From the NCBI GenBank assembly GCA_016703625.1, contig JADJBP010000001.1, forward strand, positions 837,129-901,128: 64,000 bases of DNA, written 5' to 3'. The stretch is from Chitinophagaceae bacterium (GTDB lineage: Bacteria; Bacteroidota; Bacteroidia; Chitinophagales; Chitinophagaceae). How positions within the stretch are numbered: the stretch's first letter is position 1; every line of letters starts with the position of its first letter. The position numbers were made by a program, and so were the translations under genes. The notes below the pieces were generated by a model, which was not told where the DNA came from, searched no databases, and saw nothing but the letters and a program-made list of their open reading frames with translations. Below are positions 1 to 11,108 of the stretch, piece after piece.

Positions 1-1356
1 TCCTTCCCCGATCTGGTCTTCATATTTTTGTCCAGCAATTCCTGTTTTTCACGCAATGTATTTTCATAACCTCCCACAGCCAATAATGATTTAGTTACGG
101 GCTCTAATGCATTGACAAACATAAACGACATGTTCCCATTTATATCATTAACCCCGGGCCCCAGTTTTTTTATGGCTTTGGCTGCATAGCCGGGTATGGG
201 TTGTACATAGTTCCCTTTCTGTGCTTCACTTAAAATAAGTTTTGTGCGGTTTGCACTTACCGTTTCATTTTTTTCTTCCAATGCCTGCTGTTTTATTTTC
301 AGCTCATTTATCTTCTGCTGGCATTCATTTTTAAATGCTTTCCATTCCAATTCCAGTAATTTATTCTGTTCCACATCAAGTGGATAATCGGGCCAGGTAA
401 ATTTCCCCAGGCCCAGTGCATCCTGCGGCATGGGCCTGTCCCAGTTAATGTCATCACTCTTTAATTCGTAGCCCAGTTTTTTCAGCTTGTTATCCTTTTC
501 GGAACTGTAAGCTTTACTGATACTTTTTTTTGCTGCGGCAATGGCTGCCGGGATATTGCCTTTGCTTTCCTCGATCAAACATTTAGCCATATTGGCCTGC
601 GGATGATAGGCGTACATGCGTATGGCACTGTCGGCATATTTTTCTGCCCTTGGGATATCGCCCAATCCCAGCCATGCCTGTGTGATGTTATTGAGAATAC
701 TGCTGTTTTTGGGATAACGCTTATTGAGGTTATTTAAAATGGGCAATGCCAGTTGCTCGGCACCGCACATGGATAAAAAGGCAGCATAGTTATTTAAGTT
801 AATGGCATTGGAAGGATCTGCTTTACACGCTTCGCTAATAATATAGAGTGCCAATGTGGGTTTGCCATCCATCCACAATCCTACTGCCGTATTGGCCACA
901 GACTTATTTACACTTTTTATTTGCTGGTATATTACTGCTGCTTTTGTTTTAGCGGCCGGCGATAACTTTAGCATTACCGCCTGGTGCGTTTTATTAATAA
1001 ATGCACTCATTTCGGCATTGGAGAGGCTTACAGCCAATGCAGCATTTATCCTGGCCGCATCTTGTTGAGGTACGATCCTGTTATCGTCTTCGTATGCTTT
1101 TTTTCAGCTGGGCATCGCTTATGCCCGAAACGGTTTTCTGCATGTTTTTCACATCGGGCATTTTTATGCCCATACTGTCCATCATTCTTTTGTCTTCCGG
1201 GCTCATTTCATCCAGTGCCTGCTGCATTTCCTTCATCATCTCCGCCATTTCTTTTTGGGTGGGTGGTTTTTCAGAAGACTTTTGTTTGGGTTTAGCCTGT
1301 GCAAATATTGCTGCTGTTGCCAATACCAGGACTGAAGTAAGAAAGTATGTTTTCAT
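1..1356 (-). pseudogene. Secreted TPR-like repeat protein; its 3' end lies beyond the window and its frame is broken in a T7 run
   Basis: ORF 1081..1356 begins with the signal peptide MKTYFLTSVLVLATAAIFAQA and ends ...AQLKKSIRRR*. My translation of the minus strand from 1097 down to 1 in the neighbouring frame has no stops (AYEDDNRIVPQQDAARINAALAV..., TPR-like helices). Removing one base of run 1098..1104 joins the two parts. Confidence 0.6.
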
Positions 1357-1454
1357 GTTGTCATTTTATTAAATGCAGGTTCTTTAAAAATATTCTCAAT
1401 CGCTTTAAATATTTTATCCTCCATGTGTAACCTATATTTCACTTTCATTTGTTT

Positions 1455-2756
1455 CTATTGCTTCACTATTTTCACCACTTTTATTTTCCCATCGTCAAAT
1501 CTTACCAATAATGAATACATGCCGGGGGCAAGCGTATTCAATTGCATTCCCAAAAGATTATTACCGGCCTGTATATTTCCTGTTTGTTGCTTTACCAAAT
1601 CGCCTTTACTGTCCAACATCTGTATGGTAACTGTTCCGCTTTTTCCTGTTTGCAGACTTACCCATAAACTGCTATGTGCAGGGTTGGGATATACAAAAAA
1701 TGTTTCTATCCCTGCACTGCAATCATTTTTCAAAACCGGGGAATAAGTTTTATGGCCATCAATATCCTGCTCAATGATCCTGTAAAAATGTATACTGCTG
1801 TTCGGTTGCTGATCGGTGTAAGAATAATTTATTGAAGCAGTGCTGTTGCCCGCAGCAGGTATTGAAGTTATGTCATTCCAGTTGATCCCGTTGCTGCTAT
1901 GCTGTATGGTGAATGACAGGGTATTGTTTTCGTGGAATGTTTGCCAGCTTATTTTAACAGCATTGTTTACACATTGTGTATTGAAGGATCCCCAGGATAA
2001 CGGCAAAGCGTGAAGAGCGGAAGTAAGTGTCCACCTGGAAAAACCGGCGAGCCCTGTTTTTTCAACATAATTGCTGCCTGTATTCCTGGTATCAAAACCC
2101 TGGTTGGTCCAGGTTGAATTGTCACTGCTTTTCCACAGGGTAATTGTATTTTCATTAAGGCTGTTTAATTCAGCATCAAAATAATGTAAGCGAAGTATTG
2201 CATTTAATGCGGTGTTATTGGCAGGCGTAATATCATAATAACGATAGATCGTATTTCCATTGCCATACCCGTTTACCTGTGACTGATGCCCCCGTCGAAT
2301 TGCCGTGCTTCCCATGTTTTGTGCCGTAGTGATGATGGCACCAAGATTACCCGGGTTGGCTGCAGCGGGGGCATTTAAAGCATTGGTTATTTCAATATAA
2401 CCACCTGTTGTTCCGGTAATGCGGCTGGTTTCGCTTTCGCCATTTAATAAGGCAGCTGGCTGTAAAAGAATATTACGGTTGTTAAGGTCAATTAAACCCG
2501 AAGTAAACGTTATACCCGAACCAACCTGGATATTTTGTTGCAGGGAAATTTTAGCTGTACCTGTTTTGCCAATTTCGAGTATATCAAAAAGCGGGGTAAT
2601 GGTGCCGGAAATTGTATTATCAGATGTGCCGGTAAATAAAAATTTCCCTTCGCCTGCACTTTGGTTAATCGTGCCGTCATTGTCTAAATTCATGTTCTGC
2701 AGGGTTATTAAAGCCCCGCCGGTTGTTTTAATAACCGCACCCGGTTGAACTTTCAA
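1455..2756 (-). CDS. T9SS (Por) C-terminal sorting-domain secreted protein
   Basis: 433-aa ORF. The C-terminal ~80 aa (FFVYPNPAHSSLWVSLQ...YSLLVRFDDGKIKVVKIVKQ) has the typical T9SS CTD pattern. The in-frame upstream sequence KITWILLPSILAITCLQAQ is a signal peptide. ATG 2822..2824 is one base out of frame across T6 run 2816..2821, so the true start is probably 2824. Confidence 0.7.
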   Translation of the reverse strand: MKVQPGAVIKTTGGALITLQNMNLDNDGTINQSAGEGKFLFTGTSDNTISGTITPLFDILEIGKTGTAKISLQQNIQVGSGITFTSGLIDLNNRNILLQPAALLNGESETSRITGTTGGYIEITNALNAPAAANPGNLGAIITTAQNMGSTAIRRGHQSQVNGYGNGNTIYRYYDITPANNTALNAILRLHYFDAELNSLNENTITLWKSSDNSTWTNQGFDTRNTGSNYVEKTGLAGFSRWTLTSALHALPLSWGSFNTQCVNNAVKISWQTFHENNTLSFTIQHSSNGINWNDITSIPAAGNSTASINYSYTDQQPNSSIHFYRIIEQDIDGHKTYSPVLKNDCSAGIETFFVYPNPAHSSLWVSLQTGKSGTVTIQMLDSKGDLVKQQTGNIQAGNNLLGMQLNTLAPGMYSLLVRFDDGKIKVVKIVKQ

Positions 2757-2939
2757 TACATTTTGTGCCTGTAAGCATGTAATGGCTAAAATAGAAGGGA
2801 GTAGTATCCAAGTTATTTTTTCATAAACTATTCTTTTAATTTTATTTCAGCATTATTCTTTCCATGCAATTCCGGAAATTATAACGGAATAATTGTACTT
2901 ACTGCCTGAAAGCTGGAAATTGTTGGTTCATTAAACTTG

Positions 2940-4058
2940 TTAATTGCATAAAAAAGTAATATTGTGTGTGCCAGCCGGTAAATCAAAATAATCCGGTCCA
3001 AAAGTGTGGTTAGTATAGTAGCTACTGGGAAAAGTTACTCCATCTACATAATAATCATCGTCAGCTGTGCTATTTATGTAAACAGTAAAGGACCATTTCG
3101 TATTGCATGGTCCAAGGAGACAATTTTTAAAAGTTCTTATTTTGTAATATAATATTACTCTTGATGGCACTGGTAATACAATAGTATAGGCAGAAGCATT
3201 TAATGGATAAGAGTTTGTTCCTGTTAAAGCCAGATCATTAGTTATACCCGAAAACCCTGTTTTAATAACAGCACCTGCAGATACCCATCCTGCGCTGCTG
3301 CCTGAACCATTGCTTATTAGAAGTTCCCCATAGTTACCTGTATTTCCATTTACAGCCAGTGCACCATTTGGCTTTACAGCAAACCGCTCATTAAAAGTTC
3401 CTGCTGCATCATAACCAATTGCAACATCGGCATTCGGGTTATCAGAGTAGATCTGTAACCGGTTTCCCGCCACCCCAAAACCAACATCGCCGGTTGCACC
3501 GGGGTAGAGCGTTATTTTTTTACCTAATGATGGTGCAAATGCAAGCGGTGCATTGGGATTTTCATTTCCAATTCCAACCCTGCTGTTAAGGGCATTATAG
3601 GTAAAACCCCATCCGGCGGCACCACCATAAAACCCAATGTTCTGGTTATTTTGTGTACCCATAAAACCAAGCTGGCCGGTATTATCAGCTTTATAAAGTC
3701 ATACACCTGCACCACCGCCTACCGGATCAGTACTACCGTTTTTTAATATCAATCTTCCGTTTAAACTCATACCATCATAACCGGTATTCAATACCCGCAT
3801 TCTTTCAGTAAAATTGCTGCTTGAACCATGGCCAAATGCTATATTGGATACCGCTAAGTCAGTATGAATTTGCAAAAGGCCACCCTGGATACCAAAACCA
3901 TAATGGTTGCCGGTATTTCCGTATAAAGAAATTTTATCGCCAGTTGTATTTGCAAAGTTTAACGGGAAGCCGGGTGTAGTGGTTCCAATACCTACATTTT
4001 GTGCAGTTGCATAAAATACATGTGATGCTAAACAGGCAAAAAATATTATTTTTTTCAT
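2940..4058 (-). pseudogene. Secreted fibre-repeat protein (VGIG / YGFG modules) interrupted by an in-frame TGA at 3699..3701
   Basis: ORFs 3699..4058 (signal peptide [20 protein letters not shown]) and 2940..3662 are in the same frame, separated only by one TGA. The 12 codons between them are open (LYKADNTGQLGF). Both halves carry the same module (NVGIGTTTPGFPL...KISLY...YGFGIQGGLLQI and RVGIGNENPNAPL...KITLY...VGFGVAGNRLQI). Confidence 0.6.
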
Positions 4059-6511
4059 AAACTATTTTTTAAAAGTTGTTCAATCATTTTTCCTTGTTTA
4101 TCAATTTGTTTTTGCTGTTCTTTAATGGCTTCAATTAATACCGGGATCAAACCGGTATAGTTTACACTTAAATTTCCGTCGGGATTTGTTTTAACCAATT
4201 CAGGATATACTTTTTGAACTTCCTGTGCCAGCAAACCCATTTGCGTGGTATTGTCCATTTGCTGATCTATCCAGTTGTACGTGTATCCGTTTAACCGGTT
4301 TAATTTTTCTACAGGGTTTCTTACCTGCTGAATATTTGTTTTCAGCCGGGCATCGCTGGCCTGGGTAAGCGTACCCTGTAACCAGGCATTGCCATCGCCC
4401 TGGATATAAAAACGTTCTGCAAGTACACCGGTATTACTCCTGGTGTGAAATGAAAGTTTGGTTTGATTGGCGGTTTCATAAATATTACCAATGAAGCCGG
4501 TACGTTTTTCACCAGTAAGGTTTAGCCCGGCCCAGGTAACGCCACCTAATGAACCGCTTTGCCCAAAGGTTGAGAGTATCAGATGTGACTGTACATCAGC
4601 AGCTCCTGATAATGAATTTTTTATTTCCACGATCCGGTTGGTACCTGCATGTCCATATGCTACCGGAAAGTTGGTGCCAACGCCAATATCGCCACTGCCC
4701 AATATCCTCAACAGTTCAGTGGAGCTGAAACCATCATTATTTCCTTTAAAAAATACATGATCATCCAAACCATATGCCACCTGGTATCGCAACTCGCTGT
4801 TGTTTCTTCCAAATCCAAAAAAATTATGATCGTTGTTATTGCCAAAACCGGCCAGTACTATTTTCCTGTTTTCCTGGCTACTGTTAAACTCCAGCGGTGC
4901 CTGTGGATTATTGTTGTTTATACCTACATAACCATTGCCCGTAATACGCATCAGTTCATTAGAGGCTGTACCATTGATATCCCCTGCATAAAAAACATGT
5001 GACCGGGTATTTCGTGGCACCTGGTATCGCAACAAACCATCATTTACACCAAAGCCATAAAAATCATGTTCATTGCCCGGGATATTGCCGTGAAAATTAT
5101 TGTGCAGTACGATCCTGTTGTTAGCATAGGTATCGCCAAACTGTAACTCCGCATTTGGGGTAACCGTTTTAATACCTACATAATTATTGGAATTAATGGT
5201 CAGCGGGTTATCAAAAGGAGCGCCAATATAAACATTGCCTCCGCCATATTTGAAAATGTTCAAATTGTCACTTACATCTGTTCCAAAATAAACCGACTCC
5301 TGGGTATTCAGATGTTTCATTATTGATATCCCGTTCTTCGCTACACTGGGGTCATAATCTGTATGGATATTGAGTGTGCTGGGAAAAAAATTGTTTGGGT
5401 ACAAAAGATGCCCGATGATGATCTTGCCGTTTTGCATTTCCATAGTGGCCCTGTTGGCACTAAGATCCATATCTGCACCAACGCCAAAATATATAGCCCT
5501 GTCCGGTGTATTTGAGTCCTGCCCATCAGAAAAATTCCATAAATAACTTTTTAATGAACCAGGATTAAGATCAACACCCATAAATAATCCCTTGTCTTCA
5601 AAGTTTTGATTCTCCTGGTTAAAGTAAGTGATCCTTACCCCGTTTTTATTGTTCGATGGTGTGATGCCAACAAACTGGGATCGTGAATGTATGTCAAGCA
5701 GGTACCTTGGATTTCTTTGATATATCCCCTGTCCGTATTGATTGATATTAATGGCGGGCCTTACTGAGCCGCCAAACAAATCAAATCCTATTCTTATAGA
5801 AGCATTAAGATTATTCCCATAATTCCAGATATACGTTTCATTTGCATCTAACCTGTTATTGCCGATCACCAATCCCTTATTCAGATTGCTGTTTCCCAAG
5901 TCGAATAATTGATTTGGTATGATACGCATACCTTCTATATCAGAAAGTGGATTGGGGTCGCTCAGCCTCATGTCTAACCCATATTCGGGGTTCCTGTTTG
6001 AAAAGCCGATCATACCACCTTGTGAAACCTGTTTAAGTCTCAGTAATTCATTACCACCGGCAAGGAAAGAAACATCTTTTGGTTCAAAAGTTCCAAGGTA
6101 AGTATCGGTCTGGTAATTTATTGGCGCAGCATTATTTGATGAAGGCGGGTTGGTATTGCTGTTACCATGCAAACCCCAATACGTGCTGTCGGATTTGTTA
6201 TTATCTGTTAACCACTTCCACCGGCTGTTTTGATAATAATAAAAACCGCTACTATCCGGGCCTGTTTGATAAATAAGCAACCCGGGTGCCGGTGCAGCAA
6301 CAGCATTTTTTTCTGCCTTGGTTAACCTGGGTATCAGTAAACCCTTGGTCGTACTTTTTATGTCTAACATGGCACTGCTGTTGGCAGTGGACCCATCAAT
6401 GTTTATGGCAAAAGATTGCGCCTGGGAAAAATGGGGCACAATAAATATAATGATCAGGTATAATAATACTCTCATGATTTTAATTTTTAGAAAACTAAGG
6501 ATATTATTCAT
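4055..6511 (-). CDS. Tail-fibre-like secreted protein with a C-terminal peptidase S74 intramolecular-chaperone domain
   Basis: 818 aa with signal peptide [20 protein letters not shown]. Repeated modules: [32 protein letters not shown] and [33 protein letters not shown]. The C-terminus [56 protein letters not shown] has the S74 chaperone pattern. Its stop overlaps the next ATG (ATGA 4055..4058). Confidence 0.75.
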   Translation of the reverse strand: MNNILSFLKIKIMRVLLYLIIIFIVPHFSQAQSFAINIDGSTANSSAMLDIKSTTKGLLIPRLTKAEKNAVAAPAPGLLIYQTGPDSSGFYYYQNSRWKWLTDNNKSDSTYWGLHGNSNTNPPSSNNAAPINYQTDTYLGTFEPKDVSFLAGGNELLRLKQVSQGGMIGFSNRNPEYGLDMRLSDPNPLSDIEGMRIIPNQLFDLGNSNLNKGLVIGNNRLDANETYIWNYGNNLNASIRIGFDLFGGSVRPAININQYGQGIYQRNPRYLLDIHSRSQFVGITPSNNKNGVRITYFNQENQNFEDKGLFMGVDLNPGSLKSYLWNFSDGQDSNTPDRAIYFGVGADMDLSANRATMEMQNGKIIIGHLLYPNNFFPSTLNIHTDYDPSVAKNGISIMKHLNTQESVYFGTDVSDNLNIFKYGGGNVYIGAPFDNPLTINSNNYVGIKTVTPNAELQFGDTYANNRIVLHNNFHGNIPGNEHDFYGFGVNDGLLRYQVPRNTRSHVFYAGDINGTASNELMRITGNGYVGINNNNPQAPLEFNSSQENRKIVLAGFGNNNDHNFFGFGRNNSELRYQVAYGLDDHVFFKGNNDGFSSTELLRILGSGDIGVGTNFPVAYGHAGTNRIVEIKNSLSGAADVQSHLILSTFGQSGSLGGVTWAGLNLTGEKRTGFIGNIYETANQTKLSFHTRSNTGVLAERFYIQGDGNAWLQGTLTQASDARLKTNIQQVRNPVEKLNRLNGYTYNWIDQQMDNTTQMGLLAQEVQKVYPELVKTNPDGNLSVNYTGLIPVLIEAIKEQQKQIDKQGKMIEQLLKNSL

Positions 6512-6644
6512 TTTATCAAATATGCTGTAAAATCGGGTTATTGACCATCCCCGAAAAACAGGATATTTACCCTGCTGTAAAAAATCATGGAAAAAAGGGA
6601 GCGGAATTCCTGAAAGGGGTTTGTTTATTTGTAATTATGGAGTA

Positions 6645-8609
6645 ATGCGTTATTTTAACAGTATGAGAAAGCTTTTAACTACTATCATTTTTTTGAACCT
6701 GGTGATCCCGGTCTTTCCGCAGCGGACAAACCAAGCGCAAAAGGTAGATAGCCTTTTAAAGTTGCTGGCTGTTTCCAAAGAAGATACGGGCAAGGCCATG
6801 ATTTTATTAACGCTGGCATCCTGGTATGAAACCAATAACCAGGATTCATCAGAATATTACCTGCAAAAGGGAAAAGCCTTATCGCAGTCACTCAGATTCG
6901 ATAGGGGTATTTATTATTTTTACCAGCAGAGTTCTGTACTTGCATATACAAAAGGCAACTACGATAAAGCTATGCAGGAATCCCAGGCAGGCCTTGTCAT
7001 GGCAAGGAAGCTGAAGGATTCATTAAAAGTGGTTTCGATGCTGAATAATATCGGTATCATACATGGTTATTACGGTGATTTTGCCAACCAGTTGAATTAC
7101 ACTTTGCAGGTGATGGGTATCATTGAAAAACTAAAAGACTCAGCCAGGTTGTCCGGTATTTATCACAATTTATCCAACTCTTATCATAATCTTGGTCAAT
7201 ACAAAAAAGGAATTGAGGCTGCAGGTTATGCTGTTTACCTGTGGTCAAAACTGGGACTGCTAAATGATTATATCAATCGAGCCTATGCAACTTTGGCGCA
7301 GTGTTATGATGGTCTTCATATGGCCGATAGTGCATTATATTATTATGATATAGCCATAAAGGAATCCGTGCGGCTTAATGATAAATATGCGGAAGGCGCT
7401 ATATACGGATATAAATGCAATTTACTGGCAGGTATGAACCGTTTTGATGATATGCTGGCTGCAGCTCAACAATCATTAGTACTGTCAAAAGAATTGCAAA
7501 GCCGGCAGATGCTCGCCAGTTCGCTGTATAACCTGGCATATGCATATTTTTTTACCAATAATAATAAGGAAGCCCGTAAAACGATAGATGAAGCGCTTGC
7601 CATTGCCATTGCCGACAGTTTGAGTGACGAACTAAAAAATAGTTATACAGTGCTGTCATATATTGCTGCAAAGGACGGGGATTATATAACTTCCATTACT
7701 GCAAAGCAAAAGGCAGATTCCATAAACAGCGCTTTTTTAAATAACCAGGTATTAAAAACAACAACTGACCTGGAAAAGAAATATGAAACAGTGAAAAAAG
7801 ATGACCAGATAAAAATACAGCAGGCTGAAATTAAGCGAAAGAACACATTCAATTATATCCTGATCGGCAGCGCTGCTGCAATACTTATCATTTCATTGCT
7901 TTCCTACCGTACATTCAAACAAAAACAAAGACTCCAGCAACAACGCATCAATGAACTGGAGACAGAAAAACTCTTGACAGCTACCGGAGCTGTACTTAAA
8001 GGAGAAGAACAGGAACGAACCCGCCTGGCAAAAGACCTTCATGATGGCCTTGGAGGTATGTTGTCGGGCATTAAATATTCATTAAATACCATGAAAGGAA
8101 ACCTGATCATGACGCCTGAGAATAGCCAGGCCTTTGAACGCAGCATTGATATGCTGGACAGTTCCATTAAGGAAATGCGCCGGGTAGCACACAATATGAT
8201 GCCGGAAGCATTGGTCAAATTTGGATTGGATACGGCACTGAAAGATTTCTGCAATGATGTGAATCAATCCGGTGCATTGCAGGTTTCCTATCAATCCATC
8301 GGACTTGAGCATGAAGTTGTGGAACAAACAACTGCAATCACTATTTACCGCATTGTACAGGAGCTGATCAATAATACCATGAAACATGCTGCAGCAAAAA
8401 CCGCGATTATACAGGTTGCAAAATCAGGTGGTCATCTTACAATAACAGTGGAAGATGATGGAAAAGGATTTGATACTTCCTTGTTGGCACTGTCAAAGGG
8501 AATTGGCTGGAGTAATATCCAGAACCGGGTTGAATTTTTAAAAGGTTCTTTAGATGTACGCTCAGAAAAAGATAAAGGAACTTCTGTGCATATTGAAATG
8601 AATGTTTAA
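6645..8609 (+). CDS. TPR-repeat sensor histidine kinase (HisKA_3 + HATPase_c, NarX/LiaS-like)
   Basis: N-terminal ~380 aa of TPR-like helices, one TM segment (FNYILIGSAAAILIISLLSY) and a coiled coil. H-box EEQERTRLAKDLHDGLGG. ATPase motifs ELINNTMKHA, EDDGKGF and GIGWSNI. The start could be 6621 (TTG), 6645 or 6663. Confidence 0.85.
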   Translation: MRYFNSMRKLLTTIIFLNLVIPVFPQRTNQAQKVDSLLKLLAVSKEDTGKAMILLTLASWYETNNQDSSEYYLQKGKALSQSLRFDRGIYYFYQQSSVLAYTKGNYDKAMQESQAGLVMARKLKDSLKVVSMLNNIGIIHGYYGDFANQLNYTLQVMGIIEKLKDSARLSGIYHNLSNSYHNLGQYKKGIEAAGYAVYLWSKLGLLNDYINRAYATLAQCYDGLHMADSALYYYDIAIKESVRLNDKYAEGAIYGYKCNLLAGMNRFDDMLAAAQQSLVLSKELQSRQMLASSLYNLAYAYFFTNNNKEARKTIDEALAIAIADSLSDELKNSYTVLSYIAAKDGDYITSITAKQKADSINSAFLNNQVLKTTTDLEKKYETVKKDDQIKIQQAEIKRKNTFNYILIGSAAAILIISLLSYRTFKQKQRLQQQRINELETEKLLTATGAVLKGEEQERTRLAKDLHDGLGGMLSGIKYSLNTMKGNLIMTPENSQAFERSIDMLDSSIKEMRRVAHNMMPEALVKFGLDTALKDFCNDVNQSGALQVSYQSIGLEHEVVEQTTAITIYRIVQELINNTMKHAAAKTAIIQVAKSGGHLTITVEDDGKGFDTSLLALSKGIGWSNIQNRVEFLKGSLDVRSEKDKGTSVHIEMNV

Positions 8610-8620
8610 CCAAATAAACA

Positions 8621-9241
8621 ATGGCCATTAAATTATTTATTGTGGATGATCATTATATGGTGATAGAAGGTATCCATTCTTTATTACAAAATGAAAAAGA
8701 TATCGAGTGGATGGGCCATGCCGGCAATGCAGCTTCCTGCCTGGCATTTTTACTACAGCAAAAACCGGATGTGCTGTTAATGGATATAAACCTGCCGGAT
8801 AAAAGCGGTATTGACCTGTGCAGGGAAGTAAAGGAATTATATCCTTCCGTTAATATCCTGGGGCTCAGTACTTTTAACCAGCAGAGCTTTATAGAAAAAA
8901 TGATGGGTAACGGGGCATCGGGTTATGTGATAAAAAATGCTACGCAACAGGAATTGATGGAAGCCATTCATACCGTGGCAAAGGGTAAACCATTTTTGAG
9001 TTTTGATGCTGCCCTGGCTATGAGAAAGCCGGATAATAAAAATGACAGCCCTGTGATCACACGCAGGGAAAAAGAAGTGCTGGAACTGATCGCAGACGGA
9101 ATGACGAATAATGAGATTGCCCAAAAACTTTTTATAAGTTCTTCAACAGTTGATACACACCGAAAAAACCTGTTGACAAAATTTGAAGCAAAAAATACGG
9201 CCTCGCTGATCAGGATTGCGGCTCAATTGAAGATCATATGA
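8621..9241 (+). CDS. NarL/LuxR-family response regulator
   Basis: REC domain (IVDDH..., LLMDINLPDKSG, ...GASGYVIK) plus a LuxR HTH (REKEVLELIADGMTNNEIAQKLFISSSTVDTHRKNLLTK). It lies 12 nt downstream of the kinase. Confidence 0.9.
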   Translation: MAIKLFIVDDHYMVIEGIHSLLQNEKDIEWMGHAGNAASCLAFLLQQKPDVLLMDINLPDKSGIDLCREVKELYPSVNILGLSTFNQQSFIEKMMGNGASGYVIKNATQQELMEAIHTVAKGKPFLSFDAALAMRKPDNKNDSPVITRREKEVLELIADGMTNNEIAQKLFISSSTVDTHRKNLLTKFEAKNTASLIRIAAQLKII

Positions 9242-9246
9242 CCGGT

Positions 9247-10528
9247 TTATTCAAAATCCGGATACAATAAATACTTCTTCCTGGTCGCTTTAAATGCATC
9301 CAGTTTTGGCTCCCAGCTTTTCCTGATCGCTGCTTCTGTTATACCATCTTTAACCTGTTGCATCAATTCATCATTGCCTGCCAGTTTATTGATGAAATTA
9401 TTCTTTAAAAAGAAACTGTCCTTGCCCGGGAATAACCGGTAAGCTTCGAGCAGGTATTTCAACTGAATTTTTTGATCTGCCATTTTTAAAACCTCTTCAT
9501 TACTGCCACTTAAATACCAGCCATAACATTGCTGGTAAAAGCATTTGCTGTTTTTGGCGCCTGCGTTGGGTTTGGGTGTAAAAGCGTATAAATGTTCCGG
9601 TAATGTTGGGTGCCCGAAGATCCGGAAAGGCTTATCGGTTCCCCTGCCTTCACTCAAAACGGTACCTTCAAAAAAACAGGTGGAAGGGTAGAGGTAAATA
9701 GCCTGCATTTCCTTTAAATTGGGCGAAGGCATTACCGGCAAAATATATTTACTGTTATGGTCGTAATTTTTACATTTGATCACCTGCATATGAAAAGGCG
9801 TATCAATGGTTGGATTGGTGGTAATATTGTAAGCATTGATGGCATTGGCTTTTGGGGATAACCGGTTTTCGCCTGTAAGCATTAACGCATATTCGCCGAT
9901 CGTCATCCCATAAACAATGGGTACCGGCTGCATGCCGATAAAACTGGTAAATTTCATATCCAGTACAGGCCCGTCAACATAAAACCCATTGGGATTGGGC
10001 CGGTCGAGTATCATTAAGGGTTTATGGTTTTCAAGTGCAGCTTCAATAAAATACTGTAAAGAAGATATATATGTATAGAACCTTACACCTACATCCTGGA
10101 TATCAAAGATCAGCACATCCACATCCCTGAGGTCTTCAGGGGTAGGTTTTTTATGATCGCCATACAGGCTGATAACCGGCAAACCGGTCTTTTTGTCTTT
10201 TTCATTTTTTACGTGTTCTCCTGCACCGGCATCGCCCCTGAAACCATGTTCGGGCCCGAAAATTTTTACAACTTTTATGCCGCTGCTGAGCAGGGTATCT
10301 ACCAGGTGGGTATTTTTTACCATACTGGTTTGATTGGCAAAAACAGCTACGGACTTGCCTTTCAGCATGGGCAGGTATACCTTCCATGCGTTCGGCACCG
10401 GGTTTTACCGGGTTATTGTCACTTTGTTTAACCGTAGTTTGTGCAGATGGCGAACAACAGGTAAACAGGACCGATATTAAGCAGGTTAATCCTTTAATCA
10501 TTTGCCAAATTTCATAAAATCTTTTCAT
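9247..10528 (-). pseudogene. DUF1343 / NamZ-like exo-beta-N-acetylmuramidase family protein, split near its N-terminus
   Basis: ORF 9247..10398 carries LKGKSVAVFANQTSMV...VKIFGPEHGFRGDAGAGEHV (DUF1343 pattern). ORF 10202..10528 supplies a signal peptide and ...NNPVKPGAERME. The two frames meet around 10376..10385 (GAERME | VYLPMLKGK). Confidence 0.7.
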
Positions 10529-10679
10529 TTGAAATTATTTATATGGTAATTTGCACCCGTTTTAACACAACCTGCCTTTTTTCTTCACTTGATCAGCAGA
10601 ATTAAACCGGTAGAAACAGGTACTTAAAATATTGCCGGAGAACAATTCACCGGCAGATAACAAGATAAAAAATAAAAAT

Positions 10680-11108
10680 ATGAAACAGGTAAAAGAAGGT
10701 GATGTTGTAAAAGTACATTACACAGGTAAGTTGGTTAATGGTGAGCAGTTTGATTCTTCAACCGGCAGGGAGCCGCTGGAGTTTACGGTTGGAGCCGGGC
10801 AAATGATCAAAGGATTTGATGATGCGATGCCGGGAATGAGTTTGGGTGAAAAGAAAACGATCAATATTGCAGCCGAAAATGCATATGGTGAAAGAAGTGA
10901 AGAGGCGATCATTGAGTTCCCGAAAGAAAATGTACCTGCCGATATGGTACTGGAACCCGGAATGCCGCTGACCTTAAGCAACCAGGCAGGACAGCCCGTA
11001 CCCGTAATTGTGGTGGAAGTAAAAGAAGAAGTGATCATTTTGGATGCCAATCATTTCCTGGCAGGACAGGAATTGATATTTGATATTGAACTGGTAGAGA
11101 TTTTGTGA
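10680..11108 (+). CDS. FKBP-type peptidyl-prolyl cis-trans isomerase (SlyD-like)
   Basis: MKQVKEGDVVKVHYTGKLVNGEQFDSS...LEFTVGAGQMIKGFDDAMPGMSLGEKK has the FKBP fold pattern, with an inserted flap region. ATG 10680 is preferred over the upstream TTG at 10632. Confidence 0.8.
   Translation: MKQVKEGDVVKVHYTGKLVNGEQFDSSTGREPLEFTVGAGQMIKGFDDAMPGMSLGEKKTINIAAENAYGERSEEAIIEFPKENVPADMVLEPGMPLTLSNQAGQPVPVIVVEVKEEVIILDANHFLAGQELIFDIELVEIL

Noticed and set aside
856-1372. Plus-strand ORFs 856..1068, 984..1295 and 1001..1372
   Set aside because: They overlap the minus-strand signal-peptide/TPR gene, which has a coherent stop-free translation. The plus-strand products are Cys/Phe-rich nonsense.
3699-3701. 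In-frame TGA as selenocysteine
   Set aside because: The site sits in a Gly/Val/Leu repeat context with no redox motif, and I found no obvious stem-loop immediately downstream. A TGG-to-TGA change or leaky stop is simpler. Selenocysteine cannot be fully excluded without a SECIS search.
4055-6511. Tail-fibre S74 chaperone domain as evidence for a prophage
   Set aside because: No capsid, terminase, portal, baseplate, integrase or lysis genes lie anywhere nearby. All three genes carry Sec signal peptides, and one has a T9SS sorting domain. This looks like a cellular surface protein operon.
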